Origin: Octopus sinensis
Lineage: Eukaryota
NCBI RefSeq assembly: GCF_006345805.1
Contig: NW_021824641.1
Span: 1 to 17,885, forward strand
DNA: 17,885 nucleotides
Direction of reading: 5' to 3'
In this document: in pieces, positions 8,040 to 17,885 of the stretch
Position numbering within the stretch: the stretch's first letter is position 1
Layout: every line of letters begins with the position of its first letter
Notes under the pieces: model-generated
Databases searched by the model: none
Seen by the model: the letters and a program-made list of their open reading frames with translations, nothing else
What the model was told of the DNA's origin: nothing
Made by a program: the position numbers and the translations under genes

Positions 8040-8600
8040 ATAATCAAATGCCTTAATTCCTAATTGAATCGCCAGTGTCCAATATTGCACTTCATCTCTC
8101 TCTCAATACTGCTAACTCCAGCTTGCCAAGCTCCTGAATCCAACCGCTTGCTCCTAAGGTTCCAACTACTCGCTCTGACTTCCAGAATCCGACTGTCTTC
8201 TTTGATGACCGAATACCAACTCCCCCAAAACCTCACTTGCTCTCTCCTTCCCACTACCCTAATCTCCATCTGTCTCTACTGCTTATACCCTCTCTATCTG
8301 CCCTGGTCCCATGTCCCTATCTTTATCGCCTGCTGCTGTCACTCTCTCATGACAGCTCTGCTATACACTCTACCTTTCCTCCTCTGCCCCTCATCCTCTC
8401 TCACTGCTAATATCCTGTCTATCTGCTCTGAGCCCTTAACTACCTATCTCTATCCTCAATCTGTCCCTTAGCCTTATACTCTATCTCTCTCACTACTTTT
8501 CTTCTCTCTGCCCCTCATCCTCTCTTACTGCTAATACCCTCTCTATCTGCTCTCAGATTCCTTACTCCATCTTTCTCACTTCCTTCCTCCTCCTCTTCTT
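8040..8600. repeat. Pyrimidine-skewed low-complexity segment with an internal 51-bp direct repeat
   Basis: CTCTGCCCCTCATCCTCTCT..CTGCTAATA..CTATCTGCTCT.AG at 8382-8432 and 8506-8556. Confidence 0.75.
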
Positions 8601-8721
8601 CAAGGGGTGTTTAGAACGACCTCTAATTCACCGAAAGGGGTCGCAGATTTACCCAGAACCGATCAATCCATCCGAAAAGTAGGTCACTGCCAACTGTCCT
8701 TAGACTGAACCATTCATAGCA

Positions 8722-8775
8722 ATATATAATATTTATATATATATAAACATATATATGTATATATATAATATAAAT

Positions 8776-8828
<53 letters not shown>

Positions 8829-8880
8829 ATATATATATAATACATATATATAATACATATATATAATACATATATATTGT
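8722..8880. repeat. (TA)n microsatellite field
   Basis: Direct reading. Confidence 0.95.
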
Positions 8881-9400
8881 ATGTGTATTTTGTTTCATAT
8901 TTATATTTGCATTTGTATATTTTTATAATTGTACTTTATAATCTCTGACAAGGCCTTGGGATATAACTCATTTTTAACTGCATCTCTCAATACATCTGAC
9001 TAATATAGGCACAATGAGATACCTTTATCTACAGGCTGAAACAGCTGTAAGATCCATTTTATATGTAATATTTTTATAGTAATCTTCCTTATTGATGTAA
9101 ATTGTTTATTCTGTTGGATTTGGATGTTCCTATTGAAGTAGTTAATAAATAATATGAATTGGTAATATCTGTAAGTCGATGATTGAAAGGAATCTGTTCC
9201 TCCATTTTCTTATTTGTATTATGAATTTGATGTAAAATATTTTACCTTCGCCCATCTAATGCAATAAATGAATTAATTGCATTGCAATTATAAGCATTTA
9301 TGTATTTGGCATTTGGGTACTTCACCAGCAGTATATTGGATAACTGATATCCCATAGTGGGTTACACTCATAACCCCTATCTCACTTTGTACTTTTATGC

Positions 9401-9430
<30 letters not shown>

Positions 9431-9431
<1 letters not shown>

Positions 9432-9520
9432 CTCTTTACTCTCTTTTACTTGTTTCGGACCGAACCCGAAACCATGTAGCTAGGAAGCAAGCTCCCTTAC
9501 CACACAGCCATGCCCGCGCC

Positions 9521-9522
<2 letters not shown>
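9431..9522 (-). mobile_element. Internally deleted tRNA-derived SINE (head joined to tail)
   Basis: Minus strand TAGGCGCGGGCATGGCTGTGTGGTAAG (A-box-like) ... GGTTCGGTCC (B-box-like), then directly GAAACAAGTAAAAGAGAGTAAAGAGT and (TA)n. Family assignment is recalled, not searched. Confidence 0.6.
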
Positions 9523-9562
<40 letters not shown>

Positions 9563-9608
9563 TATACACACATATATATATGTATACGTGCATATTCATA
9601 TGTATTAT

Positions 9609-11040
9609 ATCAAAGTCAATGTCTTTATGTGTGTCTGTGTGTTACTTATATATTCGAAAATTGCTGCACCGATCCTAATGAGATTTGGAACACAAAATCC
9701 AAGCCTAGGGAGAATGGTAATGCTGTGTGATTCATACAATTTCATCGACCAAAATTACTGAATGGATCCTTATGATATTTGAAACTTAGATTCAATGTAT
9801 AAGGGTGAGTATAATGCAATATGTTTGGTTTGAATTTGAGATGGCTTAAAGGGGGAAGAACCCCAATGAAAATTCATAAATTTGCGATGTTGATGAAATT
9901 TCAACCATGGGTAATTGACACACATCAAGAAGTGTTCTCAAAGTTTCCACTTCTCATGAGGATTCTAAGACACCCTAATGGGGGCCTTAATTGCCAAATT
10001 TTAGTAATTTCTTTTATGATCAAAAACTAGGTAAAAAGTACTGAATTGATTTTTACAAAATTTGGAAAATATTCTTTGCATAATGGCCACAACCCCCATG
10101 ACAATTCATATATTTTGGCTGTTGATGAAATTTTAACCATAGATATTAGACACAAATGAAGTAATATTTATAAAATTTCATCTTCTTACAAGCTAGAAAG
10201 ACCTCTTCATGGGCACTTAACACCCACAATTCAGTCGTTTTATCTACGCAAAGATGACTGCAGTTGTACTCTTGGAAGCTGTAGGGTCACCCGAGCATGA
10301 AAGACGAGCAGTATTTGTAATTCAATGGTACAACAGTGTAACACTTTGCTTTGACATACACTTAGATTGTGATTTCTGCAATGTGGTGCATAAATTGTCA
10401 AGTAAATGAAAGATATCTTTGCCTCCACTGATTCACTTTGCAAAGTGTTGAGTAAAGTTATTTGGTTGGAGACATTCTTTCAGTCTTTTTATTATCACTG
10501 GGTCACACATAGTCCCAGGATTGTAATACTGATTTCAAGGCCTTCCCAGGTGAGTGACTGGTTATTGAAAGACATTTATAGATTGTAAATTTATTCTGTC
10601 CAGTTACGTATCAGTATAGTGGTCATTTGCAAACTCCAGAGGTGACACTTTCATGTCTCCTTAGCCCTCATGTTACACAGTTGTTAAATTTATTTCAGTT
10701 GGGTCATGCTCTTCCAATTGCTATAGATTTGTAATGCATCTTACGGCTGTGCCTGTCACCTGGATGGTGAGGAATCCTACTTTGGGAGTGGTAACGACTA
10801 GGGTAGGGTAGCTGACTGCTTATTGTGATCATTCGTCTTTTGGGTTCCTTTGCTCTCTTTTACAAACCCACTGAACATATATTTCCTATATCAAAGAAAT
10901 TCAAACAATAGATATAAGAACCAAGTTAAAAAGATTCTCAACAATTCAACTTCTCTGGTTGATATTAAGACACCCATCCCTAATAGGGGCCTTAACTCTC
11001 ACATTTTAGAGCTCCATGACCTTCATTTCTCAGGAGCAAA
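9609..11040. mobile_element. Possible non-autonomous Helitron/Helentron-like repeat with diverged subrepeats
   Basis: TGTGTGTCTGTGTG..CACCGATCCTAATGAGATTTGG start. Diverged duplication ~9859-9990 vs ~10091-10222. Motif AAGACACC..CTAAT.GGGGCCTTAA at ~9968 and ~10967. No termini confirmed. Confidence 0.3.
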
Positions 11041-11295
11041 ATTCTTTTAACGGGTTCTATAAGACTGGAATTTTGGAATCTGCACATAAAAATAAGTAGT
11101 ATGGGATACATGTGGCACGATTACAATTTCTTTTAGGTGTGTAAAGAAGGAAATAACCCTCATCTGCAATTTTGATGAAATTCGAAATCACAGATATTCC
11201 AGTTCATTATAGAAAATCTAACAGAGAAGTCTAATTCTTCAATTGAATGTAACACAGGCAACAGCGGGTATCTCTGCTGTATTCAGATGTTATTT

Positions 11296-11700
11296 CTATG
11301 TCTCTGCATCATCTCTGGACACAAACTTTTTATATTTACGAAATCGACACATTCTGATGAGTGCAAAAATATTAAATTTGATAGAATCCACAAGTTGACC
11401 ATCCAATGTGAATATCTTAATGTTTCCATTCTCCCAGTCACATCCTGCAATCAGATTATTTTCAGTAAGAACCAAACGATTAATCTCCACTGGTTCTTTG
11501 TCTCCCAAATTTTTAGGGAGAGGAATATGTCTGGCTTTATCAGAAACTGTCAAGTCCTGTAGATATAAAGTGGAAGACAACATTTCACTGAGAGAAATGT
11601 GTCTGGAAAATACATCCACCAGGTCAATATAATAATTAAGTTGATTATTAGTAACGAGATCATTAACCAATAAACTCATTTCACAGCTCTCCTCATCCAT
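11296..11700 (-). pseudogene. ORF fragment resembling an NHL-like/beta-propeller blade (mollusc B-box/TRIM-type C-terminus); exon or pseudogene
   Basis: 134-aa non-repetitive ORF containing INRLVLTENNLIAGCDWENGNIKIFTLDGQLVDSIKF, similar to the blade pattern xDWxNxxIxIFxxDGxxx. Downstream frames are interrupted. Confidence 0.4.
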
Positions 11701-11756
11701 ATGTCACATATGACCATACCATTTCATTACAACCAAAGCATTCTGTTTGGGATTAA

Positions 11757-12848
11757 TGGAGAGGAGGTATGACGATGATCCTGGGGCAAACCTGGGCATA
11801 GACGAGGAATACCAGACCTGCCTTTTCAAGATGACTTTCGGGCCGGGACCTATGTTCAACTTCCAGAGATACCTCGCCTGGCAGTGCTATACAGAAGCAC
11901 TACCCGTTTGAGATAGGCTCTACAGGCATGGCTCAAGAAACATGGGGCCGAGATGTGGACAGAGTGACGAAACCGTTCTCCACGCACTCGTACAGTGTCC
12001 AACCATTTCCGACCTGTGGGCCTATGTCGAATGACTGCTATCGCGTGTGGGACAAGTCGGATTATAAACCGAGTCTATCGTCAATAAACTTTTCTCCTAT
12101 AGGCACAAGGTCTGAAATTTTGGAGGAGTGTGCCGTTTGATAACATTGACACCAGTACGCAATAGGTACTTAATTTATTGACCCCGAAAGGATGAACGGC
12201 AAAGTCAACCTTAGCGGGATTTGAACTCAGAACATAAAGTCAAGATGAAATACTGCAAAGCATTTTGCCCTGTGCTAACGTTTCTGCCAGCTAGCCGTCT
12301 TAGGGTCTATGTGCGCCTCCTTCTTCAAACGGGAAGGAAAGCATTTTCATTACTTGTAGCTATGGCAAAGAATGTATAGCTGAGGCGTCTGAAGGTCTAG
12401 AGACAAACACTTTCCTCTCTGGTCAAATTTCAAGATCACTTGAAGAGGAAGGTGAGCGTAGAGAGGGAAGTTTTGTCTAGTGAATACTTCAAACAAAGAT
12501 GGGTGAATGTAGCAAGGATGGCACGTGTGAATGACGGATCCACGTTCAGCATAACCCTACAAACCAGAAAAACAAAGGAGTAAAAGAGAGAGCCACTTAC
12601 TGTAATGCGTTTTTGTTTTTGCATGACGTAATTGCCCGAGGTTACTGTGGTCTTTTCTGTAAGCTTTTCTTTCCACAGATAAAATTAATCTGTTTTCCTT
12701 TTTGCATTTATGACATTTCTGTGATACACGATCACTATTGATTGGAACCTTATTCCCCCCCCCCCCACCACCACTTCTTCCCCAAGAAGAAAAGCTCTGC
12801 ATTGTATTTTGTCTCCTCTGTGTTCAGCCCCGTGTGGCTAATTAAGAA
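11757..12848 (+). mobile_element. Tx1/L1-clade LINE 3' end (zf-RVT-like C-terminus), interrupted by a SINE
   Basis: FQRYLAWQCYTEALPV*DRLYRHG..GPRCGQSDETVLHALVQCPTISDLW (C-x8-H-x4-C). After the SINE it continues with KAFSLLVAMAK.. and EYFKQRWVNVARMARV. The end near TCAGCCCCGTGTGGCTAATTAAGAAA is approximate. Confidence 0.78.
12088..12299 (-). mobile_element. tRNA-derived SINE with a Deu/Nin-like central domain
   Basis: Minus strand A-box-like AGCTGGCAGAAACGTTAGC, B-box GAGTTCAAATCC (12217-12228), then TTCATCCTTTCGGGGTCAATAAATTAAGTACC, which resembles the Deu/Nin domain (recalled). Confidence 0.8.
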
Positions 12849-13449
12849 ACATATCTGTCTGTCTGTCTGTTTGTTTATTACCTGCTTTTTGGCTTAGAAG
12901 TTGGCATCCCAGTCATATGTATGCCTGTATGTATGCATGTCTCAGAATATGACGTCAAGAAATGCAGCATTCTTGTGCACCAGTTTTGTTTGGTGTGCAT
13001 ACAATGATTATAATTTAACTGTTATCAAATTTCTGGCTGCTTATTCAAAATGATGAAATGAAGAACAACTTTCAAAAGAAACATATTTATTGCTTTAAAA
13101 TAAATTCAAAGAAACAATATTGAAAATGTAAAAGAAAAACAGGAAAGAATTTAAATTAAAATCACTCTCCATGGAGATGGAATATATTCTGAAAGTTTAG
13201 ACACTGCCACTCCTTTTCTCTTTCACACACCACACACACACATTGTGCTGACATGGCTGTTTTCCTTACCAACCACCACCACCACCACCACAATTGTCAA
13301 CAAGGTGCCATATAAAGGCATACTTGTCAAGCTGAATAAGGAATTCAATGTAATATGAGTCAACAGAATTCTGAGAAATGCAGCTTCTATCGTTGGCCTA
13401 GATTTAAAACCAATTCTTGGAAGTAAACAACAACCCGGATGAATTCATG

Positions 13450-14056
13450 ATTGTAGCTTGACCTGCACAAAACAGCAAGTAAATCACCCTCAAATCAAAC
13501 ACTACTCCTTATGTATAATTAATATATACTTATGTATAAACCAACAAGTGAATGCTCTACATAGTAGCTAGACGTCCCTCAAGTTGTAAACTCTTATGTA
13601 TGTATATATGAACCAATAATGGAGTCCCGTATACGGTGGCTAGACCTTTTGGAAACAACAGCCAAATCTCTCAAATCAAACACTACCGTCTTATGTATAT
13701 ATCTTTGTATACTTAAGTAAGATGGCCCACCACATGCTAGCTACACTTGTTAGAAATAACAGCTACCCCTCACTCAAATCACACCATACACTCTGATCAT
13801 TGTATATGGGTATGAGCCGACAAGTGGGACCTCTGCATTGTAACTAGTCCTGGCAGAAATAGCAGAGACATCTCCCTCCAATCACCCCAGCTACCTTATG
13901 TATGTATGAATATATGTCTAAACCCATGAGAGATGTGTCTATATGGTAGCGAGACCTGCTAGAAATAGCAGATACTCTTCTCTCAGATTAAATTCTATTG
14001 CTTTATGTCTGTGCATATGTGTGTACATGCCAATGATTGTGGTAAGAACCTGGCCA

Positions 14057-14096
<40 letters not shown>

Positions 14097-14475
14097 TATA
14101 TGTGTCTTTGTATGTACCACTAAGGGAGATGTCAGACATAGTAACTGGACCTTTTGAAAATAGCTGCTAAATCTCCCTCAAACCCAACACAACACTCTCT
14201 TTTGTATGCATATATGAAAGTATAAGCCAACAGCTGAGACCTCTAAATGCTTGCTGGAACTACTAGAAACATCAGCTAAATGTTACTCAAATCCTGCCCT
14301 ACACTCTCAATTAGGAAGCCATGCATGGATATGCAAGCAAGTGAGGAGTCTACACAGTAGCTAGACCTACTAGAAATAGCAGCTAAACCACCTCCAAATA
14401 AAACCTTACAGTCTTATGTAGATACGTATGAGTCAATGGGGGAGTCCTCTACAGAGTTAGACATAGCAGAATAAC
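13450..14475 (+). repeat. Degenerate tandem array, ~105-bp period, about 10 units
   Basis: Core GTAGCTAGACC..TAGAAATAGCAGC.AAATC.CCCTCAAATC recurs at ~13453, 13564 (truncated), 13636, 13736, 13840, 13946, 14141, 14251, 14357 and ~14456 (truncated). A (TG)n tract at ~14062-14094 interrupts it. Confidence 0.85.
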
Positions 14476-14854
14476 CTCTTTCCCCATTTCATAATCCTGT
14501 GTATTTACTTAGATTACTGAGACAAGTTTCAGACAGAATCGGTCCAGGCCTTGACTAATTTCATAGCACTACCAGCTAAAGACAAAAAAATATGAGGATT
14601 AGTCCAGAGGGCCCTTGTAAAGGGATGGTACATGGCCTCTTTCCCCGTTGAAATTGGCTGCTGCCATGGCTTTCCAACTACATCAGTGTGTTATATTCTG
14701 CAGAAGATAAGGGTGGGACCCCAACAACTGAAGAAAGCGAACGAGGATGGATAGGAGAGCACAAACTAGATGAAGATGTGTATAATGAGAAACCACAATT
14801 GGAACCCTTATTAAGGTGATGGTTATTTAAGTCCTTGCTGCCCCACACAGGTCA

Positions 14855-15715
14855 TGTATACATGCTGAGGGACAAAATTCTTGGTGCTTCCGTTGATTAG
14901 GTGACCAATTTACTAGTAGAATAAGAATAGGCTGGGTGGAGTTCAGAGAGTTACCACTAGTATTAGTAACGATGGGCCGTTCCGTCAGAGTGAAAGGCAG
15001 ACTGTATGATGCCTGCGTACAAACAGCTCTGCTACGTGGCAGTGAGAGCTGGACTGTGACTACTGAGGATCTGCAAAGGCTTCAAAGAAGTGAAGCAAAT
15101 ATGCTTCGATGGATGGGTAATGTCAGTGTGCATATATGAGAGGGTTTAAGTGGTGGTTTGAGAGAAAGAATGGGTGTATGAGGCACCAGGGTTAGCGTAC
15201 AAGAGAGAGAAGACTGCGCTGGTGTGAGCATGTAATGTGTATGGATGAAGACCGTTGCACCAAGATGTGCTGATGTCTAATTATAGAAGGAGCATGTGGA
15301 AGGGGTAGACCCAGGAAGACGTTGGACAGAGGGGTGAGAAAGGATCTACAGATGTTGGGACTCACAGAGGGGATGGCAAGGGACCAAGACTCCGGGTGGT
15401 TTGCTGTGCTTGAGAAGATGTGCCAAGTAAAAGCATTGTTGTCCCTGCATACAGTCTTGTCCCTTCATTCCTAATCTTGTGGGTGCTGGTGTCATGTAAC
15501 AAATACCCGTACTGGTGTCACATGAATGTACCCCTGCCAATGCTGTATAAAAGCAGCCAGCCATACTCTGTAAAGTGGTTGGTGTTAGGAAGGGCATCCA
15601 ACCATAGAAACCCTGCCAAAACAGATATGGTGCTTGGGCAGCCCTTCTACTGGTTCGTTCCTGTCAAATTGTTCAACCATGTCAGCATGGAAATAAGAAT
15701 TGAAATGATGATGAT
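14855..15715 (+). mobile_element. RTE-clade LINE 3' portion (copy B, more diverged)
   Basis: RIRIGW.EFREL..RVKGRLYDACVQTALLRGSESWTV..EANMLRWMGNVSV, then LRWCEHV..GRGRPRKT, a GTTAGGAAGGGCATCCA motif and an (ATG)n tail. Confidence 0.88.
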
Positions 15716-15793
15716 ATTTGTATGTGTATATATTTTTATCTATTTATATAGATATATATATATATACATACGTACATATATATACATGTATAA

Positions 15794-15869
<76 letters not shown>

Positions 15870-15921
15870 ATATTATATGTACATATGTATATATATGTGT
15901 GTGTATATATATATATGTGTA

Positions 15922-15969
<48 letters not shown>

Positions 15970-15970
15970 A
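15716..15970. repeat. Compound (TA)n/(TATACA)n/(TG)n microsatellite
   Basis: Direct reading. Confidence 0.95.
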
Positions 15971-16948
15971 TGTAATGTCAGTGTTCACTCGACAGATTGT
16001 AAGTACCTTGAGAGAAAAGTTGAACCTAAGAAGCATCAGTTGTGGTGTGCAAGATATACGTTTGCGCTGGTATGGTCATGTGACGAGAATGGCTGAAGAT
16101 AGTTGTGTGCAAAAGTGCCACACCCTAGCGGTTGATGGAACCTGTGGAAGAGGTAGACCCAGGTAAACCTGGGACAAGGTGGTGAAGCACGACCTTCGAA
16201 CTTAAGGTCTCACCAAGGAAATGACTAGAGACTGAGACCTATGGATGTATGCTGTGCGTGAGAAAACCCGGCAAGACTAGTGAGACTATAACCCGTGGCC
16301 GCTACCTGGTATGTAGCCAGTCGACTTGTACATACCTTTCCTTCTTGGGACACAGAACTCCACTTGTGAAGACCCGTTGAGACAAGTGAAAATCAAAATC
16401 AAAATCAAAATCAAAATCAAACCAAATCAAATCAGATATCAGAAAGCAGAACCAAAATCGAAGTCAATCAACATCAATGGAAATTGCAGCTGTGATACCA
16501 GTGCTGGTGACAAGTAAGCGAACCATCTGATCGTGGCCGTTGCCAGCGCCGCCCCGACTGGCCTCCGTGCCGGTGACACATAAAAACCACCATCCGATTG
16601 TGGCCATTGCCAACCACACCAGTCCCCCGTGCCGGTGGCACGTAAAAAGCACTATCCGATCGTGGCTGTTGCCAGCCTCGCATGGCACCCGTGCCGGTTG
16701 CTTGTTAAATGCACCATCTGTCTGTGGCCGTTTTACCGGCTCCGTCTGGCACCTGTGTGGTGGCACATAAAAAGCAGCTGCTACACTCACAGTGATTGGC
16801 GTTAGGAAGGGCATCCAGTCGTAGAAACTGCCAGATCAGACTGGTCCTGATGCAGCCTTCTGGCTTCCCAGACCCCAGTTGAACCGTCCAACCCATGCTA
16901 GCATGGAGAGCGTATGCTAATGAAGATGATGATGATGATGATGATGAT
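15971..16948 (+). mobile_element. RTE-clade LINE, 5'-truncated 3' end (copy C)
   Basis: [54 protein letters not shown]. 3' UTR has (AAAATC)n, five 62-66 bp units and a (GAT)n tail. Flanked by (TA)n on both sides. Confidence 0.9.
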
Positions 16949-17665
16949 ATATATATATATATATACTTATTAGAGGGAAACCACTTTGTGGACACCCTTA
17001 TGCAGAAATAGGTCCGCTATGGTCTTACACCTAAGCAAGGTTCTGAAAAGAAATTTAGCAAAACCACCAAGATGTAATATATATATGTATCAGGGACATG
17101 CCACCTCTGTAGGCAAGTTAGGCAGTGCCTACATTGAAGAAAATAGGTCAATAGCAACATTTTATTTTTATGGCAAAATATGCAACTAATTTAATAAAAT
17201 TATGAAGGTTACTCTGATTACTATGCATAAAATGCAAAATATCTTATTTTTTGTAGATTCGGTAGACATCATTGACCCCTGCTTTTAAATCTCAGTATTT
17301 AAGCTATGCATTATAATGCCGTAGTACACCTGTTGCGTACACTCCTACAACACCGTTTTCTTTATGTGTTATAAAGGCAGAAGGAAATCTGCCTTCAACT
17401 CAGTCACACGCCTCGGGTTTGCTTGGTCACCAACTGCCTACCCTGAGTAATTACTGACGGCACGTGCCTAATATGTGTTTAGGTAATAATTGTAGCTGAA
17501 TGAATTGACCGCAGTTCAGATTTATATTTGTAAGCCTGGGCTTCTTTCGGTCTCCTTTTACCAAATCCATATTAAAGTAGAAAATGAAAAAGCAAAATAT
17601 TTTGCTTCATTGAAAAAACTTTTAACACAGAGGCTTGGCTCTGTCTCATTCTATTCTGTGTCTAA

Positions 17666-17860
17666 ACTTGCTTTATCATTTTCTATTTTAAACTCCGTCC
17701 ATCTGTCCAGAGAGGAACTACATCTAACCATCTTAGATGACAGACTCAATAACCACATTTTTCAGATGCAGTTGAAGCCAGAGTAGTAAGCCAACAGACC
17801 ACTCTTACAACATACCTACAACATTATGTCAGTTACTGGAAACTGCTGTTTAGCAGTGCA
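17666..17860 (+). repeat. Copy B of the segment duplicated at 957-1151
   Basis: Direct alignment by eye with 957-1151. Confidence 0.9.
17711..17786 (+). CDS. Candidate small coding exon (EELHLTILDDRLNNHIFQMQLKPE), product unknown
   Basis: Pyrimidine-rich tract and CAG acceptor at 17708-17710. Only one of the three frames is open. It ends at TAG 17784-17786, or at a GTAAG donor at 17786 that would give a symmetric 75-nt exon. Confidence 0.3.
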
Positions 17861-17885
17861 TATACATATATATATATATATATAT

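Noticed and set aside
10240-10443. pogo-like transposase (GKDIFHLLDNL on the minus strand)
   Set aside because: One short motif resembling LLLDN with no other DDE motifs in register; insufficient.
13450-14475. CRISPR-like repeat-spacer appearance
   Set aside because: The linkers are homologous to each other, the repeats are long and highly degenerate, there are no cas genes, and the context is eukaryotic.
15420-16166. 248-aa ORF
   Set aside because: Chance read-through of an RTE 3' UTR, a microsatellite and the start of the next RTE fragment. Only the last ~60 aa are real RTE sequence.
17090-17450. Possible MITE with TAGGCAGT / ACTGCCTA inverted motifs and small hairpins
   Set aside because: Only 8-bp matches, with no defined termini or TSD.
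17505-17710. N-terminal part of the 93-aa ORF 17505-17786
   Set aside because: Starts at a non-ATG codon and reads through AT-rich intron-like sequence. Only the part after the CAG acceptor is conserved in the duplicate.

Overview
AT-rich, microsatellite-dense eukaryotic non-coding DNA made almost entirely of transposon relics. The SINE/RTE types and (TA)n density suggest an octopod cephalopod; this is inferred from recalled repeat families, not from a search. Supported content: a near full-length DD34E Tc1 element with IR/DR ends (three premature stops, no frameshift), a decayed mariner, three 5'-truncated RTE LINE 3' ends, a Tx1/L1-clade LINE 3' end interrupted by a tRNA-derived SINE, and a second, internally deleted SINE. 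The most unusual object is a GC-rich Ty3/Gypsy derivative (5518-8028, minus strand). It has an LTR-like unit, a perfect 18-nt tRNA-Leu(CAA) PBS, an unrecognised acidic ORF, a duplicated pol linker and a pol remnant whose RT core is deleted in frame. Also notable: a 126-bp palindrome and a separate degenerate motif that both carry hammerhead-ribozyme cores, a degenerate ~105-bp tandem array, an exon-like segment present twice 16.7 kb apart, and an NHL/beta-propeller-like ORF fragment. No intact host gene, rRNA, tRNA gene or CRISPR array is supported.
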